Below, piece by piece: positions 11,824 to 26,100 of a DNA stretch of 64,000 nucleotides. The stretch is from contig NW_027266297.1 in NCBI RefSeq assembly GCF_022045235.1, positions 12,524,001 to 12,588,000 on the forward strand, written 5' to 3'. Position numbers and translations under genes: made by a program. Within the stretch, counting starts at the first letter, position 1. Every line of letters begins with the position of its first letter. A model generated the notes under the pieces. It was not told the DNA's origin, searched no databases, and saw only the letters and a program-made list of their open reading frames with translations. Source of the DNA: Haliotis cracherodii (taxonomy: Eukaryota).

Positions 11824-14800
11824 ATCATTTACATAGGTTTTAATCAATTAATCAATAAAGCATCACATGTGTTCATGATGATGTGAGGAAACTTAGATTG
11901 AGATAGCTGCTGCACAAGTTATTTTAACAATCAATTAACAGAACTGCAGCTGTCATTGGCTTACACTTACACAGGTTACAGCAGAGAACATGTTTACTTA
12001 ACATCATGAGATGTCATTTTGAAAGTATGTTGAACATTTTACAATATCTTTTTTTGAAACACTGCATTTGTTAGATTTCACAGGACTCACATTTCCCTGT
12101 GTTGGAAAATAAGGCGGTCCTGAGGCCCTTGAGATTTACTGCTGCATTATATGAATCTAGCATGTTTATTGACCAGCTGATTCTTCACCTTTCAACATCA
12201 TGCTTGTAATTCCCTTGCTTTCATGCTTAATTTTTTCCCACCATTATCAGTGCTTCAAATTGTCAAGGGGACTATAATCATTTCAGGTGATATTGGAAAC
12301 TACTACTATGGACAAGGTCACCCCATGAAGCCTCACAGAATACGAATGACACACAATCTTATCCTCAACTATGGACTGTACAGGAAGATGGAGATTTATG
12401 TGAGTAAATGTGAAAGTTACGCAGCAATGTTTGCTCAGTTGAACATGTTCAGACTTAGGGTTAAAAGAGCAAGCATGATAACTAAAGTGGTTAGTTCACT
12501 GGTCATTGCAAAATGATGGCCCAGTGGTAAACGCCAATCTAAGGTACACTATTTGTTGTGTAGAGCTGCTCCGCTTGACCATGAATTAGATTGCCAGGGC
12601 GTGTTCTGGTCATGCTCCTCTGGCTTGTCAGCACCTCATACTCACCCATGTTTTTGGGTTTCCTCCTAAAATGAAAGTGACATGTCATGATATAAATAAT
12701 CTATTGTTAAAATCTGTATGAAATGAACACACTCACCACTTCTTAAATGTTCATTCCTTGAAATGGATAACAATGTTACCCTTACTCAACAGAGGCCTCA
12801 CAAAGCCACAGCTGAAGAAATGACCAAATTCCACAGTGATGATTACATCAAGTTTTTACGCAGCATTCGTCCAGACAACATGTCAGAATACAATAAACAG
12901 ATGCAGCGGTGTAAGTCTGACTAAGAATTCCTGGCTTAAAGATGTTAACAGTGGAATGTTATGTGGCCATTGTTAGAGCTTTACAGAAATGTTGTTATGG
13001 ATTGTTTATATATTTCACTTTCCAATCAGGATGATTCACCAAAAAATAGAAATCAAAGAATAAACAAATATTTGGCCTTTTCAATGTTAGCATTTGTTGA
13101 ATGTGGTTCTAATTTCCTGTTATCCTCCAAATAGTGTGGGTTTTTTTCTATCTGAAACAAGTGGGAGTTTTAATTGTATTGAAATAAGAAGTCAGTATTA
13201 GATATAAAGTTATACGATTTACTTAACATGAGTACAAAAGAATTGGTCAGCAAAAGAGAACCACTGTAGAGATTTATGTGTATTGTTTTGGTTTTAAGAA
13301 TTTATTATAAAGAGAATGTACTCGTTATTGTACCATACACATCATGACACTTGTCCTCACGTCTTGCTGTGTGTTGCAGTCAACGTTGGTGAAGATTGTC
13401 CAGTGTTTGATGGGATGTACGAGTTCTGCCAGCTGTCAACTGGAGGCTCTGTGGCTGGTGCTGTCAAACTAAACAAACAGGCAGCTGATATTGCTGTCAA
13501 CTGGGCAGGAGGTCTTCATCACGCCAAGAAATCGGAGGCTTCTGGTTTCTGTTATGTCAATGACATTGTGTTGGCCATCTTGGAACTGCTCAAGTGAGTT
13601 AAAAGTTTAGTCCAAGTAGCGTCAGATGTTTCTGTGTAATGAATCATTTGGTTGATAAGCTTTTAGCTATTTGGGTATTTTACACATGGGTGTAATTTTT
13701 CTTGGGTATCCACAGTTTTTAGTGGGTGTTTTTTTTACCAACATGTTTCTTTACATTTGGGTATTTTAACTTGAAAACCTGTTTCGTAACAATTCCTGTA
13801 ATCTTTTAAAACCAAATGAACAGTAGTGAACAAGTTTTGAATGTAACTGCCTAAATGAATTTCCCAATTGGCTGATAAGCAATCATTTTATCTAATAGTA
13901 GTAATATATGGATGAGTTATATTTCGATTGTGTTTTTATCATTTTTGTTGCATATTTGATACGCCAGGGATTTAATTGGTCTGCATATTTTAGTAATGTG
14001 TATTTCATGCAAATACACATTCTTATCTACACATTTTTTTGGAATACTTGTCATGGTTATGACCATTTTCTGTGATTCTTACTGTTGAAACACTTTTAGT
14101 ATACTGTCACAACAATTTCTGTGAACCTGTTGCGATAATGCAGCATAATAATAATGTAATCGGAACATATGTGTCAAGTTCTTGTGTATCTGTTTTGAGG
14201 TGGTATTGAGCTGTATCGGAGAATAATAAATTTTAAACTTACCCTAGCTTGAGAATGTAGTCATCGGTAATGAGGACGGACCTGGGGTGGAGACTGATGA
14301 GGTTGACAGGTCCTGGTTGGAAATGTCTGAGAAAACTGTTTGATGTGAATAAGAAAACTGTCTGAGATAGGATAGGCTCTCCCAATACGGTTAGAGATTT
14401 CTTATACAATATCTTAGAATCATTTGCTTTCGATTGACAGTCCAACAATGCTCTATGACATCGTTGGATTAAAAAGCAATAAGGGTGCCTAAGGCAGAGA
14501 ATGGCATTCTGCACAGTGTGAGTCCAGCATACACTGTCCCCGGCAGTCATAACACAGACTGTGGGAATCTGTGGGACTGCCTCAGTCTTTTTTGCCCATG
14601 GCTAAGGAAATCTTACTCCACAGACAAAACTCAAGTAATATATTCTCTAAATTGTCAAACACGTCCACACAGTGACGATGAGAAATGAGAATGAGTTGGT
14701 AGAGAAACGAATGTGGTAAAAGCATGGAAGGTTATTGTGCATGAGAGCATGAAATTGACCCAGTTGTTGCTTGTAACCAGAGGGATGCTTGGGTGTGTTT

Positions 14801-17800
14801 GGGCAAAACTTTTTGTTTTAGAAGCTGGAAACAGGGTTTAAGCACATTTCCACTTATGATCGAAGAAAGAACATATGCATAGTGTGAGATAGGATAAATA
14901 TATGAATATACAATTTGTACTAAAATTTCCAAGTCTTTACATGATTAACACTGTATTTTCAGGTACCATCAGCGTGTGTTGTATGTGGACATTGACATCC
15001 ATCATGGTGATGGTGTTGAGGAAGCTTTTTACACAACAGACCGTGTCATGACTGTATCATTCCATAAATACGGAGAATACTTCCCTGGTACTGGAGATCT
15101 CAGGGTATGCCCTCTTTTTTGCTTCCATATCAGTTTAGCATTTAACGACATAAAAGTTAGAATTCTGAGATAACTACACAAAAATAGGTACTTATCAATA
15201 TAGTCATGACCATCGACCAAAATTTAAAAACGGCCCTGAAACAGTCAAAACAACCAAAGACATATATGTCAAAACATTCATGAATTAATTTAGTTGGTAT
15301 ATTGAATAATGATTTCAGTAAAAGAAATATACCAAACAAGAGATAGTGTTTTATATGCTGGTGTTCATTGTTTTGATTTTGCCAATCCACACCCACAATT
15401 ATTGCAATTTGAACATGTTTTTTTTTATCCTGACAGGTTGTTTTATTGAATTGTAAATAGTTTCATTCAAATTAATTGATCATTATTTACAAAGCATTGA
15501 AATACCTAAGGTTGTCATAGTTTATTTTACTGTCATCTTAGAAACACCTATTTATGTACACCGACCCAGGACAGACAAAGTTCTACTGGTGGTGTAGTAT
15601 GTTTGTGAAACCAATGTGTGTTGACAGTTACTTGGAAGAAGGCCTACCAGTTTTAGAAGTATTATTTGACTATATTAACGTGTTTTTCTTCCTCTGCAGG
15701 ACATCGGGGCTGGTAAGGGCAAGTATTATGCTGTGAATTTCCCCCTCAGAGATGGAATCGACGATGAATCATATGAGAGTATTTTTAAACCGGTATGTGG
15801 AAATAATTTATAGTTTGGTCTGAAACAATGAAGTTAAAACAAAAACTTTCAAAGTATTAATTGATGAGCAATGATAATATGAGTACTCACATTCAACTAG
15901 ACTTTGGGGGCAAGAGTGGCCCAATGGCATAAGGCATTGCAATGTGGTGTGCAGAGTGTCCCTTATGCATACAGGAATCTATGAAACCATCCCTCATGAT
16001 GTTTCTTGGTTTGTCAACATCATACCATTCTTCACCAAAGTGATAAATGTCTAAGAGCATCATTTCAAGCTTTCATCCGACTTTAAGCTGACACACTCTG
16101 ATATATAACTGAAATACTGTGCAAGCCAACCTTTAACCAAACTAACTCACCTAGCTGGATTTTGAATTGGATTATTCCATGACACTAAGTTGATCACTTC
16201 CCTGTAAACAAAATGTAGGATATATCTGAATTACTTTTGAGTTGAGTTGTATGTTAGCATGCTAACACAGTGTCCATTGTGTATATGCTACTCTACCTGT
16301 CCCAACACTATGCTTGTTTCAATACCAGGTGATCATGAAGGTGATGGAGATGTACCAGCCCAGTGCTATTGTACTACAGTGTGGAGCAGACTCTTTGTCT
16401 GGTGATCGGCTTGGATGCTTTAACCTCACCCTCAAAGGTAAATACATGCACCCACATGTGTCTGTACTACTATTTCTAGGCAGTGAAGGGGACAGTCATC
16501 TACGGTACTGCAATTTACCTTGGAGAGTTGTGTCCCTTGGGAATGCCAGAAGCCTATGCTCATTGGTTACAATCTGGTTCACCCTGTTTGTTTCTAGGCT
16601 TGTCAGGCCCAAACACATGCTCATAGGTTTCATTAAAGTGGTAATTGTCTCAGGTGTACATCACTTTGGGCTTTCTTTCTATATCAATCTCTTATACCAT
16701 GTTGAAAGTGATGTTAAACTCCCTCACTAAAATCAATATTGATAACATGTCAGACTGGTCATGCTAGGGCAGCCTGTCCCTTCATTAATATGACTTTAAA
16801 ATCTCTAGTCTGAAAACAATGAGACATAGCTGTATTGAAGGACATGTTACTCTTTTTGTCAGTCTGTGTGATCCACCCAACATTCCTCACTGGTACTGTT
16901 GTATTGCTCAAGTTTAATGTTGGCGGCATTGTTTGGCAGGGCATGGAAAGTGTGTTGAGTACATGAAGAAGTGGAACTTGCCTGTGCTGCTGCTCGGAGG
17001 AGGGGGCTACACCATAAGGAATGTTGCTCGCTGCTGGACATTCGAGACATCCATAGCCCTTGCTGTGGACATGGCAAATGGTATGTGTGTTATGTGTAAT
17101 TTTTACATCCCCAGTTTGTATATTGCTTACCATTTTCCCCATTGGTGTCTGTGCCAAAAGCTATTGAGTCTTTTAGTCCGAACTTGGCTCTTGGCATCAT
17201 GTTATTATATGGTATTAAAAGCTGATTTTACAAAACTGAACAGAATTTTTCTAGACTTGGACAAAATTTCTCTTAACTCCATTGTTACACAGGTCACATT
17301 AATGTTCGATTTTCTTTCTGACTGTGAACACATTCCTTCTGACTGTTTGAATAAAGATAAGACTCAGTCAACTTCAGGGTATTCCTTAACCTGATCATTT
17401 CATAGGTGTATCTGATTAACTCTTGCCAGAGCTCTGGTAAAACAGTTCCCAAGTGGACATTTTTTTACTGAACTCTTCAGATCTACAGAGCGTACCCGGG
17501 GTAGTAAATATAAACTTGTCCCAGCCCTAGATTTCAATGTTTATTGTCAAAACTATGCATGTTATAGTTTTACCTGTAAAATCTTTTGGTGAGCAATTCA
17601 TGAACATTTGGCTGAAGTGAGGGTAAATGTGTATATATTCTTTGTGTGAAAAAGAGGTTAGTCACGTTTTAGAAATGGCATCAGAAAGGTTTTGAATTCT
17701 TTAATATATCAGAATTTCATAGTGTGTCGTTACGTTTCAGAGCTGCCTTATAATGACTACTTTGAATATTATGGGCCAGACTTCAAACTTCACATCAGCC

Positions 17801-20800
17801 CTTCCAATATGGCCAATCAGAACACAACAGAATACCTGGATAAAATCAAGTAAGTTTGAAATATGAGTCCACTGAATCAGTTTATAATTACCATGAATCA
17901 GGGATATGAGTGAAGGTTTTGAGGTTTGAAACTGAGACTTTGTCTTTGTGTAGTTCGTCCTCTGTAGACTGCCTCCATGGTTTAGTGGTAGAGTGTCCGC
18001 CTGGAGAGCAGAAGGTCCAGGGTTCAATTCCTGACTGCGTCATACCAAAAGATGGTACTTGTTGTTGCCATGTATGACGCTCAGCATTAAAGGGGTAAAA
18101 CAAGGACTGGTCGGCTTGGGAGTCAGTAAAGGGTTTGCGAGAAGTTCAACATTGAAAGCCCTCAAAAATGTTTTTGATGGAAAGGATGTCTTCATTAAAA
18201 CTGGCGGTGGCATTTGTTTCCAGACAATACAAGGTACCTCCATTACCCATTTCCCCTTTCCATATTTTGATGTTATGTTGATGATAATCAAGGGTGGGTA
18301 ATTTGAAATAGTGAGAACAACAGGAATGGATCCAGGGGTTAGCAATGTGTAAGTGTAGGTTTACTGAAATGCAAGTCCTGGAGATATAGAGCAAGTGGGA
18401 AGTTTGCCTAATCCATAACTGCTAGATTGATATACTTCATCAGCTGTTCCAAACAGGCAAAGTGGTATCTGAGCATCTAGTCCCACTTTACTGACACTGA
18501 TAGACACATTCACAGTCATCTTCTGCTTGTCAGATTACTGTGACAATTCGTTTTGATTTTCTGGAGTGTTGATTAAACTAAATGTTGTTTTCAGGACTCG
18601 TTTGTTTGAAAATCTAAGGATGTTGCCACATGCACCAGGTGTTCAGATGCAAGGTAAGTGGTATCATAATCATGCATTTGTTGGTATTTGTTCTTTATCC
18701 AGAGTCTTTTGGACTGATTTATGGAAACTGGATCGGATTGTGCTGAATTATGTTTCAACAACCAGCAAAATGTTATCCAGTCACTTATATGTTGCCCAGT
18801 TGAGGTCATAGGTCATAGGTCATATGACCCTTTTCTTTCAAATCCAGTCATCTAGGTTTGCATAATTTGCTGTGCAGAGTTGCGCCGATTGGGCGTTTAA
18901 ATCTACTCTGATTTTGTTTCTAGGTCTGTTAGCACCATATCCTTTACCAAAGTAGTAAATGTGTTAAGCCCTAAACAACTATGGGCTTTCCTCCCACATC
19001 AAGCTGACATACCTTGATATAACTGTTCAAAGTGGCATGAAACCAAATTCACTCACTCTAGCAAATGCTAGATGCAACCCTCTACTAAATCTTTTAACAA
19101 GAAAATTCCTTGTTTCCATCCAGCCATACCAGAGGATGCTATCCAAGATGATAGTGAAGAAGATGAAAAGGAAAACCCTGATGAGAGGATTTCAAGTATG
19201 TATTTATCAAAGTGTAATTAGTCACTGTGATATGTTTGTTCAAACAGTCTTGGGAAAATATGCCCTTTTTTGAGACAGGCACATAATATGAATGTGGTTA
19301 TAAAATCATTTTATATAAACCACTTCAGTGGAATTCCTGTTAAAGGGATACATTGAATGTTACAGTTCGAGCCAGTGACAAACGAATCGCATGTGATGAG
19401 GATCTGTCTGACAGTGAGGACGAGGATGGAATCGGACGCAGAGACAGAATGAACTACAAACCAAAACCCAAGCGAGCTCGGAACGAAGATGAGAAGAAAG
19501 ATGGAGATAAAGGTCAGTGTCATATGAATGTCCATATACTCCATTATCAATACACAGGGAGGCACTGGGGGTCGCTGTAATTTGCTGTGCAAAGTTGCAT
19601 CCCTTGGGCAATGCAGAAACCTATGGTTGTGGTTTTGAATCCCAGTTCATCCCAGTTATGGGTTTGTCAGCACCATACCTGTGTTCATGGGTTTCACCAA
19701 AGTGGTAAATATCTGAGACCTGCATCACTTTGGGCTTTCCTCCCACATCAAGCTGACACGCTGATATCACTGGAATAGTGTTACAAGCAGCGTTAAACCT
19801 AACTCACTCACTCATAGACTACACAGTTGCTCAGAGGGAAAGGAGTCACGACAGGCTGAGTGAGGTAACCACATTGGTAGTGTGTCTTACTTCTTGTGGA
19901 ACATGCCTCCAGAGCGGAAGGTTCTCCTACAAATACTAGTACTTGCAAGCCTGCATGCATGCATCCACACACACACACACACATTGCTATATAAGTGCAA
20001 ATATTTGGGATTGGGTGGTCAGACACTGTGAGTTGTTGCTTGTGTTTTCAGTCACTCGTATGTCAGGTCCACACTGAATTATTTACAGGCCTTTGTAATG
20101 TGGACAACAACATTCTCTCACTAGTAATATGTTTGGTTTGTTTTATGTTCAGGACAAGATGAATAATTACATTTATTTTCCTGTTACAGACTCAAAAGAT
20201 GATAAGAAAGATGTAAAGAAAGAGCCTGGTGAGGCCAAAGATGAGAGCAAGCAAGCTGCAGGGTGAGTTACGACTACTAGTACCTAGTTGCTCATGCTTG
20301 GGTGGATCAATTATACATAGGCCATACTTGTTTTAACATCAGTTTGCGAATCCAACAAATGTGAAAAATATCAATCAGAAGGCACTTTTGCGAACCATTT
20401 GTAAACTAAGAATTAACGTAATTCTCGTGATATTTGGGCAATAGGAAACAGCAATGGTAGCAGACCTCCGCCTACCATTCAGTCATGTGGAAAAGTGATA
20501 TAGATTAAGAGTGTTCCAGGAACAACCACTCCCCTACTTCCAATTGTCATATTTATTTGGGTGTGGTAGTGATTGAGTATTCATACATCAATCTGTTTCT
20601 AGGCAAACTGACCATTTCTTCTTTTTCCTTTTCAGTGATGATAAGAGTGAAGGCGGTGAAAAGAAAGGTGCGTTGAGTGTTTGAGTATGAATGTTAAAGT
20701 TAAGTGAGTGATCGTGTTTACTGAAGTCAGTGTGGTATGGCAGTAGTTCCACTGAATAGTCCATCCCCACAGCCGAGGCATGTCACGTTCTAATTTCTTA

Positions 20801-21374
20801 TTGTAAGCAATGTATCATTTGACATACTTACAGCATATGTTATGGAAGAAGCACAAGTGGTCCATATAACAAAGGAAGCAGTGACAATAACAAAAACAAA
20901 AACATCATGACAATGGTTTGGAATAATTTATGTTTGCATTAGCAGTGTCCAAGATTAATCATGTTAGTTAAGTGTTCCGGGGTCTTTGCTCCAAGTATTT
21001 GAAATTGTCTGTTCATGATATTTTGTTGCTCATAAGACAGTATACACCAACCACTTGTGAAGATCCAGGTTAGAATAGGTCTTCAGCATCCAATGCTAGT
21101 TTTAAGAGGCAACAATTGGGAACGGGTTGTCAGGTTGTCCCAAATGCATAGATCGATGCTCATATCAATCACAGACTTGTTTATTTACAGACTGCCTTCA
21201 TACAGCTGGAATATTGTTGAATGTGGCGTTGAATAAACAACAGTATACGCAAACACTTTGGATACATTTGTCTAATCTTTGTTATATATTGCAGAGGCTG
21301 CCAAAGAAGCTGGTGCACCCGAGAGTAAGGAGACAGACCAGAGCAGCCAGGAACCGACCAAGATGGAACATTGA
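10751..21374 (+). CDS. HDAC1: Histone deacetylase 1/2 (class I, Rpd3-like), 15 coding exons, about 515 aa
   Basis: GT-AG exons splice in frame: 10751-10796, 12287-12399, 12793-12910, 13380-13593, 14963-15104, 15700-15792, 16329-16437, 16940-17080, 17741-17849, 18595-18653, 19124-19195, 19366-19512, 20190-20262, 20636-20667, 21295-21374 (total 1548 nt). Motifs: [99 protein letters not shown]. The last three low-complexity exons are less certain. Confidence 0.97.
11480..11660 (+). mobile_element. SINE-like family C copy in HDAC1 intron 1
   Basis: gaagatctgggttagaataggtc head and shared 3' blocks. Confidence 0.75.
17968..18127 (+). mobile_element. SINE family B, 3'-truncated
   Basis: Same head and aacaaggactggtcggct core. 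Confidence 0.7.
19565..19812 (+). mobile_element. Older SINE family D (other copies near 5215-5460, 18860-19060, 40480-40700, 45130-45375, 49780-49990)
   Basis: Shared tttcaccaaagtggtaaat...ctttcctcccacatcaagctgaca block and (CACT)n tail. Confidence 0.65.
21056..21243 (+). mobile_element. SINE-like family C copy in the last HDAC1 intron
   Basis: gtgaagatccaggttagaataggtcttcagc head and shared tail. Confidence 0.72.
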
Positions 21375-23010
21375 GCTTCGTATGCTTTAGGACGTCAATT
21401 AAGGCACATTTGTATAAACTCACTACGTCCAGTTTATGGTGTAGCGATCACCCTTCACTATGGTTGTAACAAAGAAAGTAGGATGCAGCTGTTGAGGCGC
21501 AGGTGATTTACGACTGCACTCATGCCATGATGGCTCGGTTTCGTGGACACTCCTTTTCCGGTGGAATGAATTGTAATGAACAAATGTGCTACTTAGGAAA
21601 GCTGGTGCAGCTATATGTCAGGTTGTTTTACGTCTGTGAACAGACAAACCAGATTGAAATCATGAGACATAGCATATCATTTTTATCTTGCTCACTCTTG
21701 ACATATATCATGTTTACCCATCATATTTCCATGATATTTTGTATTTGTTACCATGTAATGAGGTGGACATCTCCTCTCAACTGTCACAGGGACGTATTGA
21801 GAATGTTTTGTATCTCGGACGCATGTCTCCGTCAGTGCTATGTATTATCCATGACAAGCAATCTTGCCTTGGGTTTGTACTTCAACTGTTAGTAATCAGT
21901 CACACACACTGTCAACTCACTGCATTGCTCGGACACATGATTTGGTGTTAGTTTCTATGAAACTGTTTACCTTCATTAAAAATTTCTTATTGAAAGTTAA
22001 GTGGTAGAGATTTGTCACTATCTGTTTTTGAAATGTAAAATTTGATCAGTTTTCAGCATAAAGCTTTTATCTTCACTAGTTTTGTCTATGACAAGGCAGT
22101 GGAATTCTTTTAAAAGGTGTTTGAGTAATAAACAAATAATTGTGGACGAGGGAGGGACAAGAAGGCGTGAAGCAGTAAAATGGAAAGATAGTGTTAAGTT
22201 ATTGGTGACAAAGTAATAAGTGTACATATTTGTCTTTGTTACAGCATCAGTTGACAATGACTTATAATCATGTTCATAAACAAATTGTTTTTAGAAAATT
22301 CTTAATACATTCAATCAGCATCTATTTCAGACTAAAAATAAATTAAGTTTCCAAAATTGTAAAAAACTTTTCATCTTTCTTGGATGCATTGTTTGTATAT
22401 TGAAAGTGTGTACATAGAATGTGTTTTCTTTCTTAACTGCACACTAATTTTCTTGTTGGAATTTATGCTTTCTTATAGTATTGTATTTAACTCAATTGAT
22501 TTCTTCAATCAACCCTTAGAACATTATCGGTCCTCTTATTTGGTGTGATATGTTCTGGTCTAGTCAGTTCCAAGCTTGTTGACAAGTCACACTGGAACAG
22601 AAATTGCTCATTTCTTGACCGTGTTTATGCATGTGACTACATCGTTTGGGAAAAATATAGAATTTTTGTCTTTACTTTTGTAAATATCTTTTGGCTTGAC
22701 ACATCTCAAACATAATATCTTATCAACCTAGACATTATTCGATTTAGTATTTTTGGACTTTCATACTAATTTTCTTAAGTTTTATGAAGAATCATTGTCA
22801 TACCACTGTAATAAACATCGAAAAAGCACAGGTGTTTTGTTGTGTTGCTGCTTTGAATATGTGGTCTGCCACCTTGGGAATTCATTGATATGTGTCAAAG
22901 AACATAAATCCCTTTACATTAGGGTCCCAGGACAATCTGACATCATGATATGAACTTGACAGACTATATTTGTAGGAGAAAAAATATACAACAATAATAA
23001 CATTAGAGCA

Positions 23011-23016
23011 TTTAAT
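23011..23016 (-). terminator. Candidate SPEF2 poly(A) signal ATTAAA
   Basis: About 175 nt downstream of the TAG on the - strand, followed by T/GT-rich sequence. Confidence 0.4.
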
Positions 23017-23189
23017 TTTCCAGCAAACTCCATTCATTAATGGTGCTTTTAAAGGATCTCACAATATTGTTTCATTTTTTCCCTTAAGAACATTACACAA
23101 CAATACATAATAAGTTTTGCACAGTAAGAGGAAACAATACACCCTCCTAAACAATATCACAGTGAGTTGTATGGATTACACTGAGCTTG

Positions 23190-26100
23190 CTAGTCCATGG
23201 TCTTAATGCTGTGGAAGTCTACATCATGGCCAGGGTTGGACAGGACCCCTTTCACATCCTGAAACAGTTGAGGAAGAAACATGAAATATACTTGTCAGTA
23301 CGAATATGCCTTCTACACCCACAGCATTCCACTTAAATATCTTAATACAGAGGTTACAATCTGTAGCTTTCATGTCTGATCAACTGAATTCTTGTAAAAG
23401 TAAACAAGGCCCCAAGACGAGGGTCCCCAGCACTCCTTAACAGGATTGGGTGTTGCAATGTCTGACCTGGTTGATTGTGTCATCCCTAAGGACGTAGATC
23501 TGTATTTATTGTAATTAAACTAATCAGGTGGGTATGGGGGAACAAGGCTTGGGCTAGTTATGATGTATATCAATTCATAATATACTGTAATGGAGAAATC
23601 ATGAGAATCTGTTGATTCTGGAAGTAGAATCAATGTGCCCTGAATCAAGATTGGAGTCATTTTCTGGTTGATAGGTAATTTCTAAAAAGACCTATAGTTC
23701 CAGAATCAACTGCAAGAGCAATAGCATGATGTCATAATGATTTAAAACTGGTGATTAGCTGTATTTCACAGACACACCACAAGAAGAAGTTAAATGTACA
23801 CCACACCATGGACTCTCCTGGCTGATAGTGTGTGATCATAGACTGCATGGACTGCTGATCAATCACTGGTCCCTGTTCCACAAAGTGATTTCAGTGCTAA
23901 GATGATGGTAACTCCCATACTTTAATATACCAGTTGGCTTGAGCTAAGATCACTTTGTGGAACAAGGCCCTGGTCAGTCTGGCCCACATACATTTACTCA
24001 CTGGCAGCCATGATAGCTAACTGGGATGTAAAACTACACTCACTCACACAATAGCACACTAACAATTAAGGAAAAGATTCATTCCCTCACATCAACCCAC
24101 CAGCAGTTTGAATGTCTTGCATGCTGTGACAATGTCTTGGATGAGTGGGTGTTCAATAAGGATCTTGTAGTGGACTGGTTCCACCTCTTCATCTCCCAGC
24201 TCTCGGTACACCACACTCAGACGCTCCTGTTAGGCATGTATTATAATCATAAATGATTTAGGAATTTCAAGCCAGTCAACTCATAATCAGAATTGATGGA
24301 CTTAACACAGATTCAAGAATGGAATATTTGAGAAAGACATGATCATTGATATCACAAGAGAAAAATGACTAAATTTTACAAATATTGCTCATGTTTTTCA
24401 CAATGCAAACTCAAGAAGGAAAGTTTTAATGTCAGTTTATGAGCGCCACAATAAATTCCTCTCAGTTACATTCATCATAAATGTATTTCAATATACACTG
24501 CCACATGACAATATTCATCAATGTAGACAGGACTGAAATAATTTCATGATGGAAAAGATTTCCTGATAAAATCTAGGTTAAACCAACACAGATAATCTGG
24601 AGCTGACTTTTCCTGTCATGTAGTCAGTACTACTTCCTGCTCTTACCCTGGACGTGGCATCCTCTGGGTCGGCAGACACACTGAAGCGGTGACTGTCTCC
24701 ATGGCAACTATCTCCATGGTGAAGTACCTGATTAGTAATAAAGCAAGTATAAGTATGACAAAAGTTGACATGATATATGTTCAGAACCTTTTTAGAATCC
24801 CCCTGACACTACTTTCTGGAAGACCTAGGCTCATTCCAAAATGTGATCTTAGCACTAAGACAAATTAAAGTTTGTATTAAAGTATCGGTCCATCACTTTA
24901 GCCACAAGTCAAAAGCAAAAGTTGAGTAAAAAATATTTTCAGATCATAAGCCAATCTAATATAATAATAGCCCTTATATTAATACTAAAATCCTTTCAAA
25001 ATGATGCCATGAGACGTGTTACCGGTAAGTCTATTAGACTTGAGTTACAACTGTCTTAGCACTTACATTATGTGGACTAAGGGCAATAATTCTGTTAGTG
25101 ATCTGCTATATGTAGTCCTGTAAAATTCCTAAACATGGACTCCCTTTTAAAACATTCGGGTTCAGATCTGATGAACACAGTGTAGCAAGGTTCCCTATAC
25201 CTACCTTGTACAGTGCCTCGATGGGCACCCTGGCTTCCAGAGACTCGGGAGGGATCTCCTCGGTCGTCATGGGGGGTTCCACTGCTTTCTCCTCTTTCTC
25301 CTCAATCTCTGGGGTGACCAGGGGTAAGCTGGAGGAGACAAAGTCAAGATTAGGCCATGATTGATTAATAATTAAATTTTCATCCCCCATGCCTTACATC
25401 ATGTATTGTTGCCAACACATGAAATACAAGTACCAAAACATGACAAAAAATTGCAACATTTGTTTCCTCCTTTGAGACCATCTCCGTGGTCTAATGATTG
25501 ACAGTCCGCCCGGAGAGTGGAAGGGAGTCCGGGGTTTGATCCCTGGCCCCGTCAAAACAAAAGACATTAACAGATGGTACCGCTACTTGCTGTCATCCTG
25601 CCTGGCGCTCGGCATTAAGGGGCTAAAACAAGGACTGGTCGGCTCAGAGTCAATATACTGTGTCTCAGCGGGGTATATCATGTTAAACTGAGGCATGGTA
25701 TCTCAGTGAGCTAAGACTCTAAATTGGCATCAGTCTGGACTAGTACAAGCAGCCACACATACACACAAACAGTTAATGTACACATGCATGCACATCCCTA
25801 TATAAGTGCAATAATCTTGGATATGATGTTAAACCCAATTTCACCTCACCGCTTAGTGAGTGATTGAGTATGGTTTTACGCCGCTTTTAGCAATATTCCA
25901 GCAATATCACGGCGGGGGACACCAGAAATGGGCTTCAAACATTGTACCCATGTCGGGAATCGAACCCGGGTCTTTGGCGTGACGATCGAACGCTTTAACC
26001 TCTAGGCTACCTGACTGCCCCCCTCACTGCTTAGCTTGATGAAATGCACCATATATGTAGTCTTACCAAGAATTCATACTTCATATGAACCAAATCTGTT

